The position numbers were made by a program, and so were the translations under genes. The notes under the pieces were generated by a model. It had not been told where the DNA came from. It ran no database searches and worked only from the letters and a program-made list of their open reading frames with translations. From contig NW_021829853.1 of the NCBI RefSeq assembly GCF_006345805.1, forward strand, positions 124,001 to 188,000: DNA of 64,000 nucleotides. The letters are read 5' to 3'. Below are positions 25,289-39,083 of this stretch, piece by piece; positions within the stretch are counted from its first letter, which is position 1, and each line of letters opens with the position of its first letter. This stretch comes from Octopus sinensis (Eukaryota).

Positions 25289-26289
25289 CTTTTCATTAAA
25301 TATACAAAACTGATCTGAAAACAGGAAAAAAAAAAACAATCACATAAAAATACATAATTCAATATTGCTGAAATGGTTTATTCTGTCTCATTACCAACCT
25401 CCCCACTTCCTCCACCATACAAACAGTTCTTGTATGTTCTATTTTTTTTTTTTTTTTACCCTCATTTTTTTTATAACTGAATGTCTGAGAGGACATTTTT
25501 TAATAACATAATTGTTTACTATAAATGTTATATCATTCATATTGCTAACCACACAACTCTGTGAAGTACAAATGGAACATGTATTTTGTCATTCAAGCCA
25601 ACTAGAGCGCACGCGCGCATGTGTGTGATTTCTTTCTTTATTACTTCTTTCAGTCATTAGACTGCGACCATACTGTGGCACCACCTTGAAGAATTTTAAG
25701 CCAGATATATTGACCCCAGTACTTATATTTTTAAAGCCTGGCACTTATTCTATCAGTCTCTTTTTGCCAAACTGCTAGGTTATGGGGGTCTAAACACACC
25801 AACACCAGTTGACAAGTGATGGGTGAGAACAATCAGACACACACACATACACATAAGATGGGCTTCTTTCAGTTTCCATCCACCAAATCCACTCACAAGG
25901 CTTTGGTTGGCCTGATGCTATAGTAGAAGACATTTGCCCAAAATGCCATGCAGTGGGACTGAACCTGGAACCATGTGGTTGGGAAGCAAGCTTCTTACCA
26001 CATAGTCATATATATTTAATAAGGGATAAGCATAAGTTAAAAAATCTGATACAAAATAATTTTTCCGTGTATTGATGGGATTGTATGACAGTGCTTGCAT
26101 CTGTGATCTTGTGGGTAAGACACTAAGATCCAAGTTCTCATACCACAATATTGGCCTACACTGGGGCAATGGGTTGGGAATATCTCATGGCTGTGGTGGT
26201 CACACACCTGATAAATTGGGGAAAAACACATTGCTACCTTTAGTCAATCAGGCCTCAAAACCACTGATACCACTAATGTGTCCAAAGTT

Positions 26290-27130
26290 GATTTTTTAGA
26301 TGTTTCCCTTGATCTAAACTCTCACTCTTATAAGCCCTACCATAAACCAAAGAAGCTCTTTTAAATACACAAACAATTCTGGTACCACCACCCCTATTGT
26401 GCTTAAAAATCTGATAGCTAACATCAGTAATAGGATATCTAATCGTTCATCTTCTAAAGAAATATTTGAAAAGGCAGCCCCCCCCCCCTACATTAACAAT
26501 GCTCTAGCTAACAGTGGCTTCATAGATAAGATATATTACAACCCTTCAAATATAAATACAAAACCTAAAAATAGACCTAGGAAAATAATACGGTTCACCA
26601 CCCTCTCCCATATTGTTAAATCTAGCACAGATTTAACAATAAGTATTTCCCAATATACCATAAATACAAGGAGATTTTTAATAGGCACTTGATAAAAATA
26701 TCATACAGCTGCTGCCCCATATGAAGAACATTATTACTTGTAAACATCACCAAGAAACCACTCCCAGTTTTAACTGTCAAGACCCTGAAGCTTGCCCACT
26801 TGATTAGTCATGTATGATAAACTCTGTCAGCTATAAGGCAGAAGTCACAGCAATGCTTGAAGATAATTGAGAAGAAGAATTACAACTGGTTATGCAAAGA
26901 TGGTTTCAAAAGACATTATGCAAACCACCAGTCTTCACAATGGCAAAAGTAAAGCCACAAAGTTGGCTAGCGTGTATGGGGTTTGAAGATCATCTGAATA
27001 CCACATACAAACAAGGGGAGAATCACAGAGAAATCCATGCAATATGTAAATGGTTCTAAGAAATGCAACTTATGTGTAGCTGAAATATTTCTTTTTAGAT
27101 CCAGGAATTCCACTACACAATTCCAGATCC
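26290..27130 (+). mobile_element. Degenerate Penelope RT-linker/GIY-YIG remnant
   Basis: DVSLDLNSHSYKPYHKP, NISNRISNRSSSKEIFEKAAP..NNALANSGF..KNRPRKII, C..PEACPL, DGFKRHYANHQSS in broken frames. Confidence 0.75.
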
Positions 27131-28218
27131 AAATTTCCAGCAAATGCAAGTATATGGACAAATTTCTTTTGACAAACTGGAAGACACCATCCTCTCTGAA
27201 TTGAACAGACTTTGGAACCCTCTCCATTGAATCATTCTACAACTAATTTAATTATGACTTCTTCAGTCAAAGGAGATGTAACTCTAATTTCAATTCTTTT
27301 GTTTTCTTCTTTAATTTTTATTCAACCTTCCACTTTTTGTATCAACCTTCTGTATGTATATGTATATTACACAGAGACACCTCATGGACAGCAGATCCAA
27401 TGAGAAAGTCTGGAAGTAGTCACTCAACAAGCAATAAATAATAATCAGATTTTTCCATCTAATTACACCATACTCCCGAAAAAAAAGGACAGGAAGGTCA
27501 CAGCCAGTTTGCCTTTAATTTAGATCCTTTAAACAAGGGTAACAACAACATAATGGTAAGATTTTAACTAATGTTAATGTGGCCATCACCTCAAAACCAT
27601 TAAAACACTGGATTAGTGTGTGTGTGTATATGCATGAGCGTGTGTTCTTTTACTAATTTCAGAGCTTGGTGAAGTCCTATAGCTTGCCAGCTCCTGTCAA
27701 ACCATCTGACCCATGCCAACTTGGTAAGCAGACGTATGATGATGATGATGATATTTTTCTCCATCTGATATGATTTAATAAAGACGTAACTCATCAAACA
27801 ATCCACACTTTTAGTTGACAATGTTTCAGTGTTTTATCCACAGGTTATATTTTCACTAAATTGGACTAAATTTAACAATACTAAATTAACCATTTATTTT
27901 CTGTGCCGGTGGCACGTAAAAAGCACCCACTACACTCTCAGAGTGGTTGGCATTAGGAAGGGCACCCAGCTGTAGAAACTCTGCCAGATCAAGATTGGAG
28001 CCTGGTGCAGCCATCTGGTTCACCAGCCCTCAGTCAAAATCGTCCGACCCATGCTAGCATGGAAAGCGGATGTTAAATGATGATGATGATATATACTATT
28101 TCTGTATAGACATTTATTTATATTTACATGTACAGGCACATAGACACTCATGAACTCACACATACTCATAGACATAGGAAATAATAATTGGTAATTTATA
28201 TACAGATATATTATTTTT

Positions 28219-28428
28219 GGAGATGTACTCGCATAGCAAGTGATTTGATCTGAGATCGTGTGCTGAAACGAAAACAATTGCAGCGCAGCACGGATTTTTG
28301 TCAGTGAACAGGTCGCGGATTTTAGCGACGAAAATATTTTGACAAATTAAACTTAAATGTTGAAGTGAATCGAACGGCTTTTGTGTGTTTCTTAAATGGC
28401 TTACAAACACCTTCCACGCTGCAATTGT
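28219..28428 (+). mobile_element. PLE-like short insertion (family F) with 5' inversion and G3:C8 hammerhead
   Basis: 12-bp TSD tatattattttt (28207-28218, 28429-28440); inverted acaattgcagcg / cgctgcaattgt; motif at 28298-28345. Confidence 0.7.
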
Positions 28429-31167
28429 TATATTATTTTTAATTAAGCTCAAAAGACAGAGAAACACAAGCACACACTCAGCTAACACACGTATCATCAC
28501 AAAATCACACAAATGGAGTCAAATACACACAGACACCAAAACAGAAAAAAAATCTCCAAAAAAATTCATCTTTCATAATATAATGAATAGTTTTGCACAA
28601 CTAAAGGACAAACACAGACATACACACTGCTAAAAGGATTAAAAATAATATTAGTAATTGTTCTAAATTTGTCTTTTTCTTATCCTGAAACTGTTTCTGT
28701 ATTCAGTTGTGTATATGTGTGTATATTCATTGGAGAGACCTCTTTACATGTTTCTATAATAACTAGGATAAATGTTCAAGAAATGCTGTGAATTACATTG
28801 AGACTTTCCATGCAAATTGTTTCAGAAGCTACATGTATTTCTATAAATATTTCTACAAGCCATCAGGAAGCTTCTACATGGTTACTTGAAACAGCAACCT
28901 TATTAACCTCAAAACACTCTGTACTCTCTTAAATAATCCTTTCTACTATAGGCACAAGGCCTGAAATTTTGGGGGAGGTGGAGATGAGTCAATTACATCG
29001 ACCCCTGTGTTCAGTTCAACTGGTACTTAATTTATCAATCCCAAAAGGATGAAAAGCAAAGTTGACCTCAGCAGAATTTGAACTCAGAATGTAATGACAG
29101 GCAAAATACTGCTAAGCATTTTGCCTGGTGTGCTAACAATTCTGCCAGCATACCACCTTTGCATTCTCTTAAATAACGGCAGGATGGTCACAATGAAACA
29201 CCTTTCAGTATATGTCTGCTTACTTAGTGCCAACAAGGAACTAAACTACACTAAACATTGTAAATCACAACTAAATTAAGGACCATCTAGCTGTTTGGCA
29301 AAGATTCCTTCACTAGCATGCTGCAAAGATTAGTAAAGACCTGATATTTTTTTTCCCATCTCTTTTATTATTATTATTATTATTATTATTCATCGTTTAA
29401 CGTCTGGGAAGCCAGGAGACTGCACCAGGCTCCAATCTGATCTGGCAGTGTTTCTACAGCTGGATGCCCTTCCTAATGCCATTCCCACAATTACACCAAC
29501 AGTTTTGTCCCTTTGAACTCATAATTCATGTGCCATCAATGCCCAAGTCCACATTGAAGCACTCACTGCTCCTCTTCTTAAATCCTGTCTCACCTTTTCA
29601 GTAAACTAAACAAATGCTCTCTAGCTAGTCACCACCAATCTTTTTACCCTCAACCTATAGCTAACTTTTTAAATTTGCTAACAGGTAAGAGAGAGGGAGC
29701 ACTATAGAACTGATGAACATTTTCCTGCAGAGTAATACTAGCATATCCAGGAAGATTTATCTCGCTTGCTTACCCTCCAGAAAATCAGGATAAATTGGTC
29801 CTTTAGAACTTTATGATTTAGATTAGATTAAGCAGTTATCTCTAACAACATGGGATCTATAAAAAAAGGATACAAGCATTGCCTCTCTTATTTGCACAAA
29901 GAGATATAACCACAAAATATTAGACAAATACATGTTTATACCAACCAACAAGAAAGATTCCAATATGGTTGCTGAACATGCTAGAAACTGCAGATAAATC
30001 TACCTTAAAACACCAGGTCTTCTTAGAAAGGAAACATTAAATGACTCTAAATAGTAGGGCTAAAGGATGGTCACTGTTGGAACATCTGCTTAAAACAAGG
30101 CTGACCCTAGGCTAAACAACAATAAACATGAAAGTGAATGATGTGAACATGGAATGTAAGAAATATTGAACAAATATTGATTTCTTCAATTGGTGGCAAA
30201 AGACAATAAATTTTTGAAAGGAGGAGAATCCATTCAATCACCTTTCAATATTATCGATTCTCATAATTATTGATCTCAGAAGGATGAAAGATAAATTTAA
30301 CTCCCAACACAATTTGAACTCAGGAATTCAATTAAAGATAATTAAATTCTTCACAAATATTCTGTTGATTCTACTATCCATCCTCTCTCTGCTAAATTGA
30401 CAGAAATGATAGACAAATAAATGCCTCAACAACATTTGCTTTCGTCATTTTAACAACTATTTTCCATTTTCGTTTGGCTTTGATGCGTTTGTAATACATT
30501 TCATCTAAAAAGTGATGACTGCTTGAATTCATCTGCATTATAAGCTACTCCCACCCACCCTTATATAGTGCTGGGTAGCCATGTATCTTCTCTATAGCAA
30601 GACACCTGTGCTTGTCCCTCTATCATACCTGAACCCCCTTGAAAACCTGGCATAAAACCACCTCTCTACCACTTAAGGTGCTTTTTCCTTTCCTAAATTT
30701 AAAAAAAATTTAGCAAGGTACTTGACAACCTCATTTGTGCCAGTGACATGAAAAGCACCCAGGACACACTGTAAAGTGGTTGGCGTTAGGAAGGGCATCC
30801 AGCCAGATTTCATCAAACCATCCAACCCACACAGGCACGAGAGACAGACATACAGTGTTGTTGATGCTATTTACTAGCTCAAAACTTACTGGGGACACAT
30901 TGTGTCTTTTAATTACTCCGGCATTGATAAAATAAAGTCCCAGTCAACCATTCCACCAACTGATTGCACATCTGCCTTCCAAATTTCTGTCTGTGAGCCA
31001 AAGAAAGAAATCAATAACTACATCACTGCAGTGTGATGAATAGAAAAATCTGGTGGCAGAGAAATCTCAAAAGATGAACCAATAAAGCTATTATAGTAGT
31101 GAGTTAAAACCACATATGCTAAGTGAACTGGTAGAATCAGTAGAGCATCAGAAAGAATGTGGCTGTG

Positions 31168-31560
31168 TGGTAAGTAGCTTGCTTACCAACTACATGGAAT
31201 CGGGTTCAGTCCTACTGCATGGCACCTCGGGCAAATATCTTTTACTATAGCCTTGGGTTGACCAAAGCCTTGTGAGTGGATTTGGTAGACGGAAACTGGA
31301 AGAAGCCCATTGTATATGTATATATATGCAGATGTGTGTGTGTGTGTGTATGTTTGTGTGTCTGTGTTTGTCCCCCCACCAACATCACTTGACAACTGAT
31401 GCTGGTGTGTTTTCGTCCCTGTCACTTAGTGGTTCAGCAAGAGAGACCAATATAATAAGTACTAGGCTTACAACGAATAAGTCCTGGGCTCGATTTGCTC
31501 GACTAAAGGTGGTGCTCCAGCATGGCTGCAGTCAAATGACTGAAACAAGTAAAAGAGTCC
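31168..31560 (+). mobile_element. tRNA-derived SINE family S2, near full length
   Basis: A/B-box head tggctgtgtggtaag..gggttcagtcc, internal (TG)n, tail gaataagtactaggcttac..; other copies near 14765, 17400, 22915, 25650, 34925, 36203. Confidence 0.85.
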
Positions 31561-31954
31561 TGTTCTCTGCATTCTGATTTCAAATCCTGCCAAAGTCACC
31601 TTTCCCTCACATCCTTTAATTGTTAATAAATAAAGAACAAGTTCAGGTAAAAGACCCACAGATCTGTTTGAATGGTGGACAAGATGTCCTGCAGCATATA
31701 TTCTGGCACTTTGCATTCCAATTTCAAATTCCAACATCCCATGTGGGAAACGAGTCTCTCAGGGCCCAGCTAAGGGGAGAGGGCCTCAATGTCAGATAGA
31801 ACGGTATGTTAACTAAGGTAATATCTTGGTTGCATCAATAAAAATAGGTTGGCTCTGCATAGAGAAGGATAAAACCCTAGGAGAGAAAGTTCACACCACA
31901 AGTTACTGACTGAGCACACATATACACCCATCCGCTCATATATATCATCATCAT

Positions 31955-31995
<41 letters not shown>

Positions 31996-31998
<3 letters not shown>

Positions 31999-32160
31999 AG
32001 AATTCACGAAAAAAACAAGACAAACACAGGTGGTGTACAAAACAGATGTATTATTATAACGCTCAGGAAATGAAAAAGTCTTTAACGTTTCGAGCCTACG
32101 CTCTTCTACAGAAAGGAACACAGAAAAAAAGAAGGAGAGAAAAAAAAATGTGTGTAGTGG
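31996..32160 (-). mobile_element. PLE-like pLTR fragment (family E) with hammerhead variant 32080-32115
   Basis: CTTT-CTGTAGA-A-GAGC-GTAG-GCTC-GAAAC-GTT-AAAG on the minus strand. Confidence 0.6.
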
Positions 32161-33759
32161 CTACTGATATATATATATCATCATCATCATTTAACATCCA
32201 CTTTCCATTCTGGCATGGGTGGATGGTTTGACATACATATATATATATATAACAAAGTATATATACAGACTTTTTGCCCTACAGTAGAAATAAGAAGAAC
32301 AACAACAACTGTCGCTGCCACCACCATCATCATTACAACAGTAAATGAGGGCAGTGTATTGGCAGAATCATTAGAACAGTGGAAGCAATTCTTTATTTCT
32401 TCTGGCCCTTTATGTACTGAGTGTAAATCCTGCTGAAGTCAACTCTGCCTCTCATCCCTCTGGGGGCCAATAAGGTAAAACACTAGTTAACTACTTGTGT
32501 TGATGGTATAATAAACTTATGTCCCTGGCTCGTACTTAAATTAGAAACAATTATAACAGTGGTGACACCCCCACCCCACCCCAGACGAAATATTTAACTA
32601 CATTCCTGTAGGTTTCAAGTTATAATTTTGCTCAGGTCAACCGGTGCTTTTCCATTCCTTTAGGATCGACAAATCACATACCAGTCGGTTACTACAAAAG
32701 GAGTAGGACTATCCTAGAGTCATACCTCGTTATGTAATTAATTACTCTATCCCCTGAGTTTGAAATATTCAGTTCATCTCATGCACTGAATACTTAAAAA
32801 GAACAACGAGAACAAAATGAATGATGGAACCCCAACCATCAAGAAATATACATTCAATTCTTAAATATTTGTTCTCTAACGCTGGCTGATCATTCTGTTC
32901 TATATTTAAGAGATGAGGAATTATGTGCATTATTTACATTATTGATGTTTGACAGATATTTGTCCTCATCTTGAGTCTCACATGCTGCCCCTTCATAAAA
33001 TCATTTTTGTGAAAAAGAAACCATTAAAGCTTAGATAATATATCTGAGAATCAGCAAAAAAACAAAAAACATAAATGCAGATATAAGGGACATTTCAATA
33101 CTTTTTAACATGTATCACCAGCGATCCCTGCAATACAGAATAAAGATGATATTTGTTCTATACTGCAGGAGACACCAGTCACAGCCATATTATAAATCAA
33201 TAGACTAGTTTATATTAGTGAACTAGAACACATTATGTGGTTAAAAAAACAGTTTTTTGAAATGCATAACCTATAACAAAATTAGTCCACTGTTGCAAAA
33301 GAAAATATGGCACAAAATGGGTTTCATGAGTTAAATGCCTTAGTTTTACTTCTGACAGCTTTGTATTCCATTTAATGTTGAATTTTAGCTTATATGTAAC
33401 CAAAATTAAAAATCATTATCTAACTTCCATATTCCGTGCTAGATTTATTACTGATAAAGCTGTACTGCTGTGTAGACAGCTGTCATATATTTGCAGTATT
33501 CATATTTTGTTCAATTTATTGACAAGTCCCAATTTATTTTGATTGCAAAAGCGATCAATGTTCGCATTGTTCCACACCTTCTTGTCAGGTGAGACGAATA
33601 TATGAATATTTAATCTCTTTCCATTGCATTAGCCAACATCATCTACTCCGCAAACTATAAAGGTCATCTTTATATTTTCCATTTCGAATCCATTATTGTA
33701 ACTACAGGCAAGTTTACTTTTCTTTGTAACTTCAATTATAAATTTGGTAACAAGGTACA

Positions 33760-34440
33760 ATACTGCATATAAATTAAAGAGTAGTGATAGAGCTTGGGAG
33801 GCAAAAGAAGGGCTGCAGATTAGCCCCGAAAGGACCAAAGCTATGTCAACTGGAGGTATCCAAGACACAACTTGTCAATCTCAGACATGATGAAAAAGAG
33901 TATGTCAATATGTTTACTCATCTCAGAAGCTCTATCACCAATAAGACTGATGCAGAAGTTGAAGTCAAGATGAGGAGAGGTAGAGCAATGTTAATATTCC
34001 AATGCTTTCGTCCAATATGAAGATCAAAAGCCATCAGTAAGAAGATAAAGCTGCGGCTATACTCAATTATTGTTATGCCTACAGCCACCTACACCTCTGA
34101 AACTTGGAAGAAGACAGTGAAGATCTCTCAACTGCTGGACATGTTCTATTGGTGCTGCCTACATTCAACCCTGGGCAACTCTCACCAGGACTGACAGAGA
34201 GAAAGAAAAAGAGGTGACGAGAAGTTGCCATGGGAAGTTTGCAGGATGTGGTGACCAAGCAACGGATATGGTTAACTAGCCATGTGCTTCAATTACCACA
34301 GGGGAGACATGATACTATCATGATGGAGCGGACACCAGAAGGAGGAAAAAGACCAAGAAAGACGTGCAGCGATATGCTCCAGTATGAAATGATAGTGTTG
34401 GGAGTTGACCCAAGTGGAGTACAAGAGGCACAAATCCAGG
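33760..34440 (+). mobile_element. Degenerate RTE-type LINE RT C-terminus
   Basis: EYVNMFTHLRSSIT..EVKMRRGRA..ISKKIKLRLY..TYTSETW..W.SHVL..PEGGKRPRKT. Confidence 0.75.
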
Positions 34441-34565
34441 CAAGGTTGTTTGTGGAAGACCAGCCTCCACTCTCCGTGCCACTGATGCTGTCCAAGAGGA
34501 AGTCAAAAACCAATACAGCTTGGCACCAGTGACATTGCAACTCATTTCTAAAGAGTGAACTGGAA

Positions 34566-34838
34566 CATCATCATCATCATCACCGTCCAACGTCCGCTTT
34601 CCATGCTGGCATGGGTTGGACGATTTTGACTGAGGGGTGGCAAACCAGATGGCTGCACCAGGCTCCAATCTTGAGCTGGCAGAGTTTCTACAGCTGGATG
34701 TCCTTCCTAACGCCAACCACTCCGAGAGTGTAGTGGGTGCTTTTTACGTACCACCGGCACGGGAGTCAGTCAGGCGGGACTGGCAATGACCTCGCTCAAA
34801 TCTTTTTACAGGTGCCAGTAAGGCGACGTTGGTAACAA
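34566..34838 (-). mobile_element. SINE S1
   Basis: (CAT)n start on +, reverse consensus. Confidence 0.85.
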
Positions 34839-36354
34839 CGTGAAATAAAGGCATTATCTGCTGGATAGCACCTTTATGATATTACAGATGTGAGACTCTA
34901 AGGTATGTGTTTATAGGATACAGACGTGACCGTGTGGTTACAAAGCTTGTGTCTCGACCATATGGTCTTGGGTTCAGTCCCACTACAAAGTACCTGGTGC
35001 AAGTGTCTTCTACTATAGCCTTAGCTGACCAAAAGCACATTTGGTAAGCAGAAACTAAAAGAAGCCCATATTATATACACGCATGTGTATGTGCGTGCAT
35101 ATGTGTGTGTGTGTACCTTTGTCCCTGACATCATGTGATAGTTGTAAACAAGCCTCATCAATATACAAGCAACGTTGCTCATTTGCAGTGTTTCATGAAA
35201 AATATGTCTGACCATCATCATCATCATCGTTTAACGTCCGCTTTCCATGCTAGCATGGGTTGGACGATTTTGACTGAGGGCTGGTGAGCCAGATGGCTGC
35301 ACCAGGCTCCAATCTTGATCTGGCAGAGTTTCTACAGCTGGATGCCCTACTTAAGGCCAACCACTCCGAGAGAAATAAGAAATATTATCTTACTCGGACC
35401 ATAAGAAATATTACCTTACTTGGAAACAGGCGAGGGTTAGAAACGGGAATGGCATGCAGCCATAGATGTGTGTGTGTGTGCGTGCGTGTGCACAGTTGTG
35501 TATGTTTCTTTTCAATTAACCTCTCAGCAGGTCTTAATATGTACAAATGTCATATCATACTGTTGCACTATTCCACAATATGTCATCTGCTGAATGTAGC
35601 ATTTTAGCAGCTGTTCATTACTGAAACTGTTCAGATCCATTTTTATCGACATACAACAATGTGAAGAGACAAAGAAATGAAAGTTTCGGGAGTAACTGAT
35701 AATGAGAATAAAGAATTACTACTATGCATGATGAGAACAGAATTGCTATAGATAATAACGACAGCAGTATGCTTTATAAATGACATCCTGAGCTTGCATA
35801 TGCAGGATGATGTCATCTCCTGAAAGTCAACAGGAAAAAACAGACCTGAAGACAGTGGTAGTGATGAGGATGGAATGTCTGACAGTGTCTGTGTATTTTT
35901 GAGCATAAAACATTTCAAACACACAAGAAAACAATCACAATATCACATCATTGGCCTTAACATGATTTTTCACTACTGTTTGAGAAAGACAAACTTTTCT
36001 TTCTCATAAGACAATGCATCATCTCTGCCATTTCATTGGCATCTTCTAGAAAGATCTGAAACACATTCACAAGAATGTTCAGAGAAAATTAAAATATTTA
36101 TCATTGGTTGGCGTTAGGAAGGGCATCCAGCCATAGAAACCATGCCAAATCAGACAGGTGTCTGGGGCAGCTTCTCAGTTTATCAGTCCTGGTCAAACCA
36201 TCCAACATATGCCAGTCTACCAAATCCACTCACACGGCTTTGGTCGGCCCGAGGCTATAATAGAAGACACTTGCCTAAGGTGCCACACAGTGGGACTGAA
36301 TCCGGAACCATGTGGTTGGTAAGTAAACTACTTACCACACAGCCACTCCTGCGC

Positions 36355-36451
<97 letters not shown>

Positions 36452-36544
36452 TAAATCAAAATCAAACCAAATCAAATCAGATATCAGAAAGCAGAACCAA
36501 AATCGAAGTCGATCAACATCAATGGAAATTGCAGCTGTGATACC

Positions 36545-36961
36545 AGTGCTGGTGACAAGTAAGTGAACCATCCAATCTGGCCTCCGTGCCGGTGGCACGT
36601 AAAAAGCACCATCCGATCGTGGCCGCTGCCAGCCTCACCTGGCCCCCGTGCTGGTGGCACGTAAAAAGCACCATCCGTCCGTGGCCGTTTGCCAGCCTCG
36701 CCCGGCCCCCGTGCTGGTGGCACGTAAAAAGCACCATCCGTCCGTGGCCGTTTGCCAGCTCCGTCTGGCACCCGTGCGGGTGGCACGTAAAAAGCACCCA
36801 CTACACTCACGGAGTGGTTGGCGTTAGGAAGGGCATCCAGCTGTAGAAACACTGCCAGATCAGACTGGGCCTGATGCAGTCTTCTGGCTTCACAGACCCC
36901 AGTTGAACCGTCCAACCCATGCTAGCATGGAAAGCAGACGCTAAATGATGATGATGATGAT
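36545..36961 (+). mobile_element. SINE S1, CpG-rich copy with 3-4 internal tandem units
   Basis: Repeated ggtggcacgtaaaaagcacc units. Confidence 0.9.
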
Positions 36962-38240
36962 ATATGCACAAATGTAATTCCTTCCCAAATAAATTGTCCT
37001 TCGTATTCGAGTCTGATGAAGCTCTAAGGTGTTATTCAGGCACTCAACTATTGCATCTTATACCAGAAACAGCGGGAAGCTAATGAAGTCCATAACATAA
37101 TCGTTTTTTTTCCTTTTGTCATCTTATTTTCTTTCGTTTGTGTGTGAGTGTGCGCGCGCGAGAGAAAGAGTGTGTGTGTATATTGTAGCTAGACCTATTA
37201 GAAATAGCAACCCCATTAACCTCAAATCACATTTAATTGGCTAATGTATAAATATATATGTAGCCAATAAGCGGTACGCGTAAAGAACCAGCTATAGGAG
37301 TCAAATCACCCTCAAATGACACCATGTCTTGTGTGTGTGTGTGTGTGTGAACCAATGAAAAAGCCTCTACACGTTTTCTTGATAGAAAATGGTAGAAAAC
37401 GCAGCAAAATCTTCATCAAGCTCCCTGCTGTCTGTCATAACCTTAATGATAATAATAATATGGTGTACCCTAATCAGACGGGTAGTCATGATGGGTATAT
37501 TGAGCTTCGTATATTTTACCCCAGTGTCACTTTGATGGCATGAACTGCTCTCTCACTCAATAATAATAATGAAATTATTGTATACAGTGCTCAGGTACAC
37601 TGTTGTACGTGTACACATACATATATGTATATAGACATACATAACACGGCTGCTAAAAGTGTCAGGAATAGCAGCTAATACTCCCTCAAACTACTTAAGC
37701 TAAATCATGCCTTAAATACAAGGACATCGGAAGGTGTCAGTGTTCAAATATATGTACACAAACAGACAGAAATAGGGAGATTATACGGAATATATATACC
37801 TTGTTGCACATTTCAATTTATCATCATTTGAAATATATAATTTGAAAACTGGTGTATGGGTCCAAATGTTAATCTGATATGAACAAGTGACGCGATAGTC
37901 ACATTAAGGGGTCCGTCCCCCTCGGTACGCAGTCATTCTTTTGTGAATATTAGACAATATACTCCAGTAAAACAGAGCAACGATATACAGGTTCGGCGCC
38001 CCGTCACAACAGATCAACGTGAATAGATAGGAATAATATTTCGTTCGTGGTACAGAGGAGAACAACTAACAAGCACCCAAGTACTTGAAAACCTAGAAAC
38101 CCTGTGCAGTCAGTTTCTACCACCACCACCACCACCATCACCACGGCCACTACTTCAGTTACTGCGCATGTTTGGATGTGACATCTAATACCAGAGTGTT
38201 TCATTGATAAAGAAATAGGCATGTGAGTGCATGTATGTGA

Positions 38241-38317
<77 letters not shown>

Positions 38318-39006
38318 TATACACACACATACACATATAGAGGTGGGTAATTAAATAGACAAGCAAAGATGTCAAAGATGGAGACTGAAAGTTGTCGTGG
38401 AAGAAAAGACAAGACAAAGCGAAAAATAATGTCGAAATGTGAGATGTCTACAACAGCACAAGCAAATATCGTCTCGTCAAAAGTAAGTTGTAAATAATAT
38501 CAGAGGTCACGGTCACCAATGATACACATACACACTAATGGAAATAAATAAATAAATAAATATATTACTTTTAGTTCCTTCCATGGTTCAAGGGGTTTTT
38601 CTTTCTTTTTTTTTTTTTTTGAAAATATTTCTAAGGCGTTCCACATAATAATTTTTTTTTTACCCAAATGGAATAACGAAACCATTGCAATTTACATGGG
38701 ATTTGTTTTATTAACGAAGGCCAAGAAATATTTTTGCCTAACACATTCACGCATATATATACATGACAGGTTGTGGTGCACCTGAGCACTGTATACAATA
38801 ATTAATATATATATATATATATGTACATAATATTTATATTGTGTGTAGGTAGTTGGGGTAAATCCCAGCTGTTATAATAACACCAAAAAATTTCTATTTC
38901 CTGTTTTGTTATATAAGAAAATGAGATGATAAAGGAATAAAAAATTATCTCATGAACTCGTCCAATCCATGCCAGCATAGACAACGGACGTTAAATAATC
39001 ATGATG

Positions 39007-39083
39007 ACGAACTCCATTAGCTTACAGCTGTTTCCGCAGTTGAGTACCCGAGTAACACCTTACAGCCTCATCGGAGCCCCGAA
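39007..39083 (-). mobile_element. Short hammerhead-bearing repeat (family C); second copy at 37006-37094 (+)
   Basis: Two homologous copies sharing ..GATGA.GCT.TAAGGTGTTA....G.ACTCAACT..GAAACAGC...AAGCTAATG.AGT. Confidence 0.6.

Noticed and set aside
35643-36090. GC-richer unique-looking block with a 93-aa ORF
   Set aside because: No recognisable protein motif or splice pattern in any frame
36586-36846. Regularly repeated units resembling a CRISPR array
   Set aside because: Eukaryotic SINE-internal tandem repeat with no unique spacers and no cas genes
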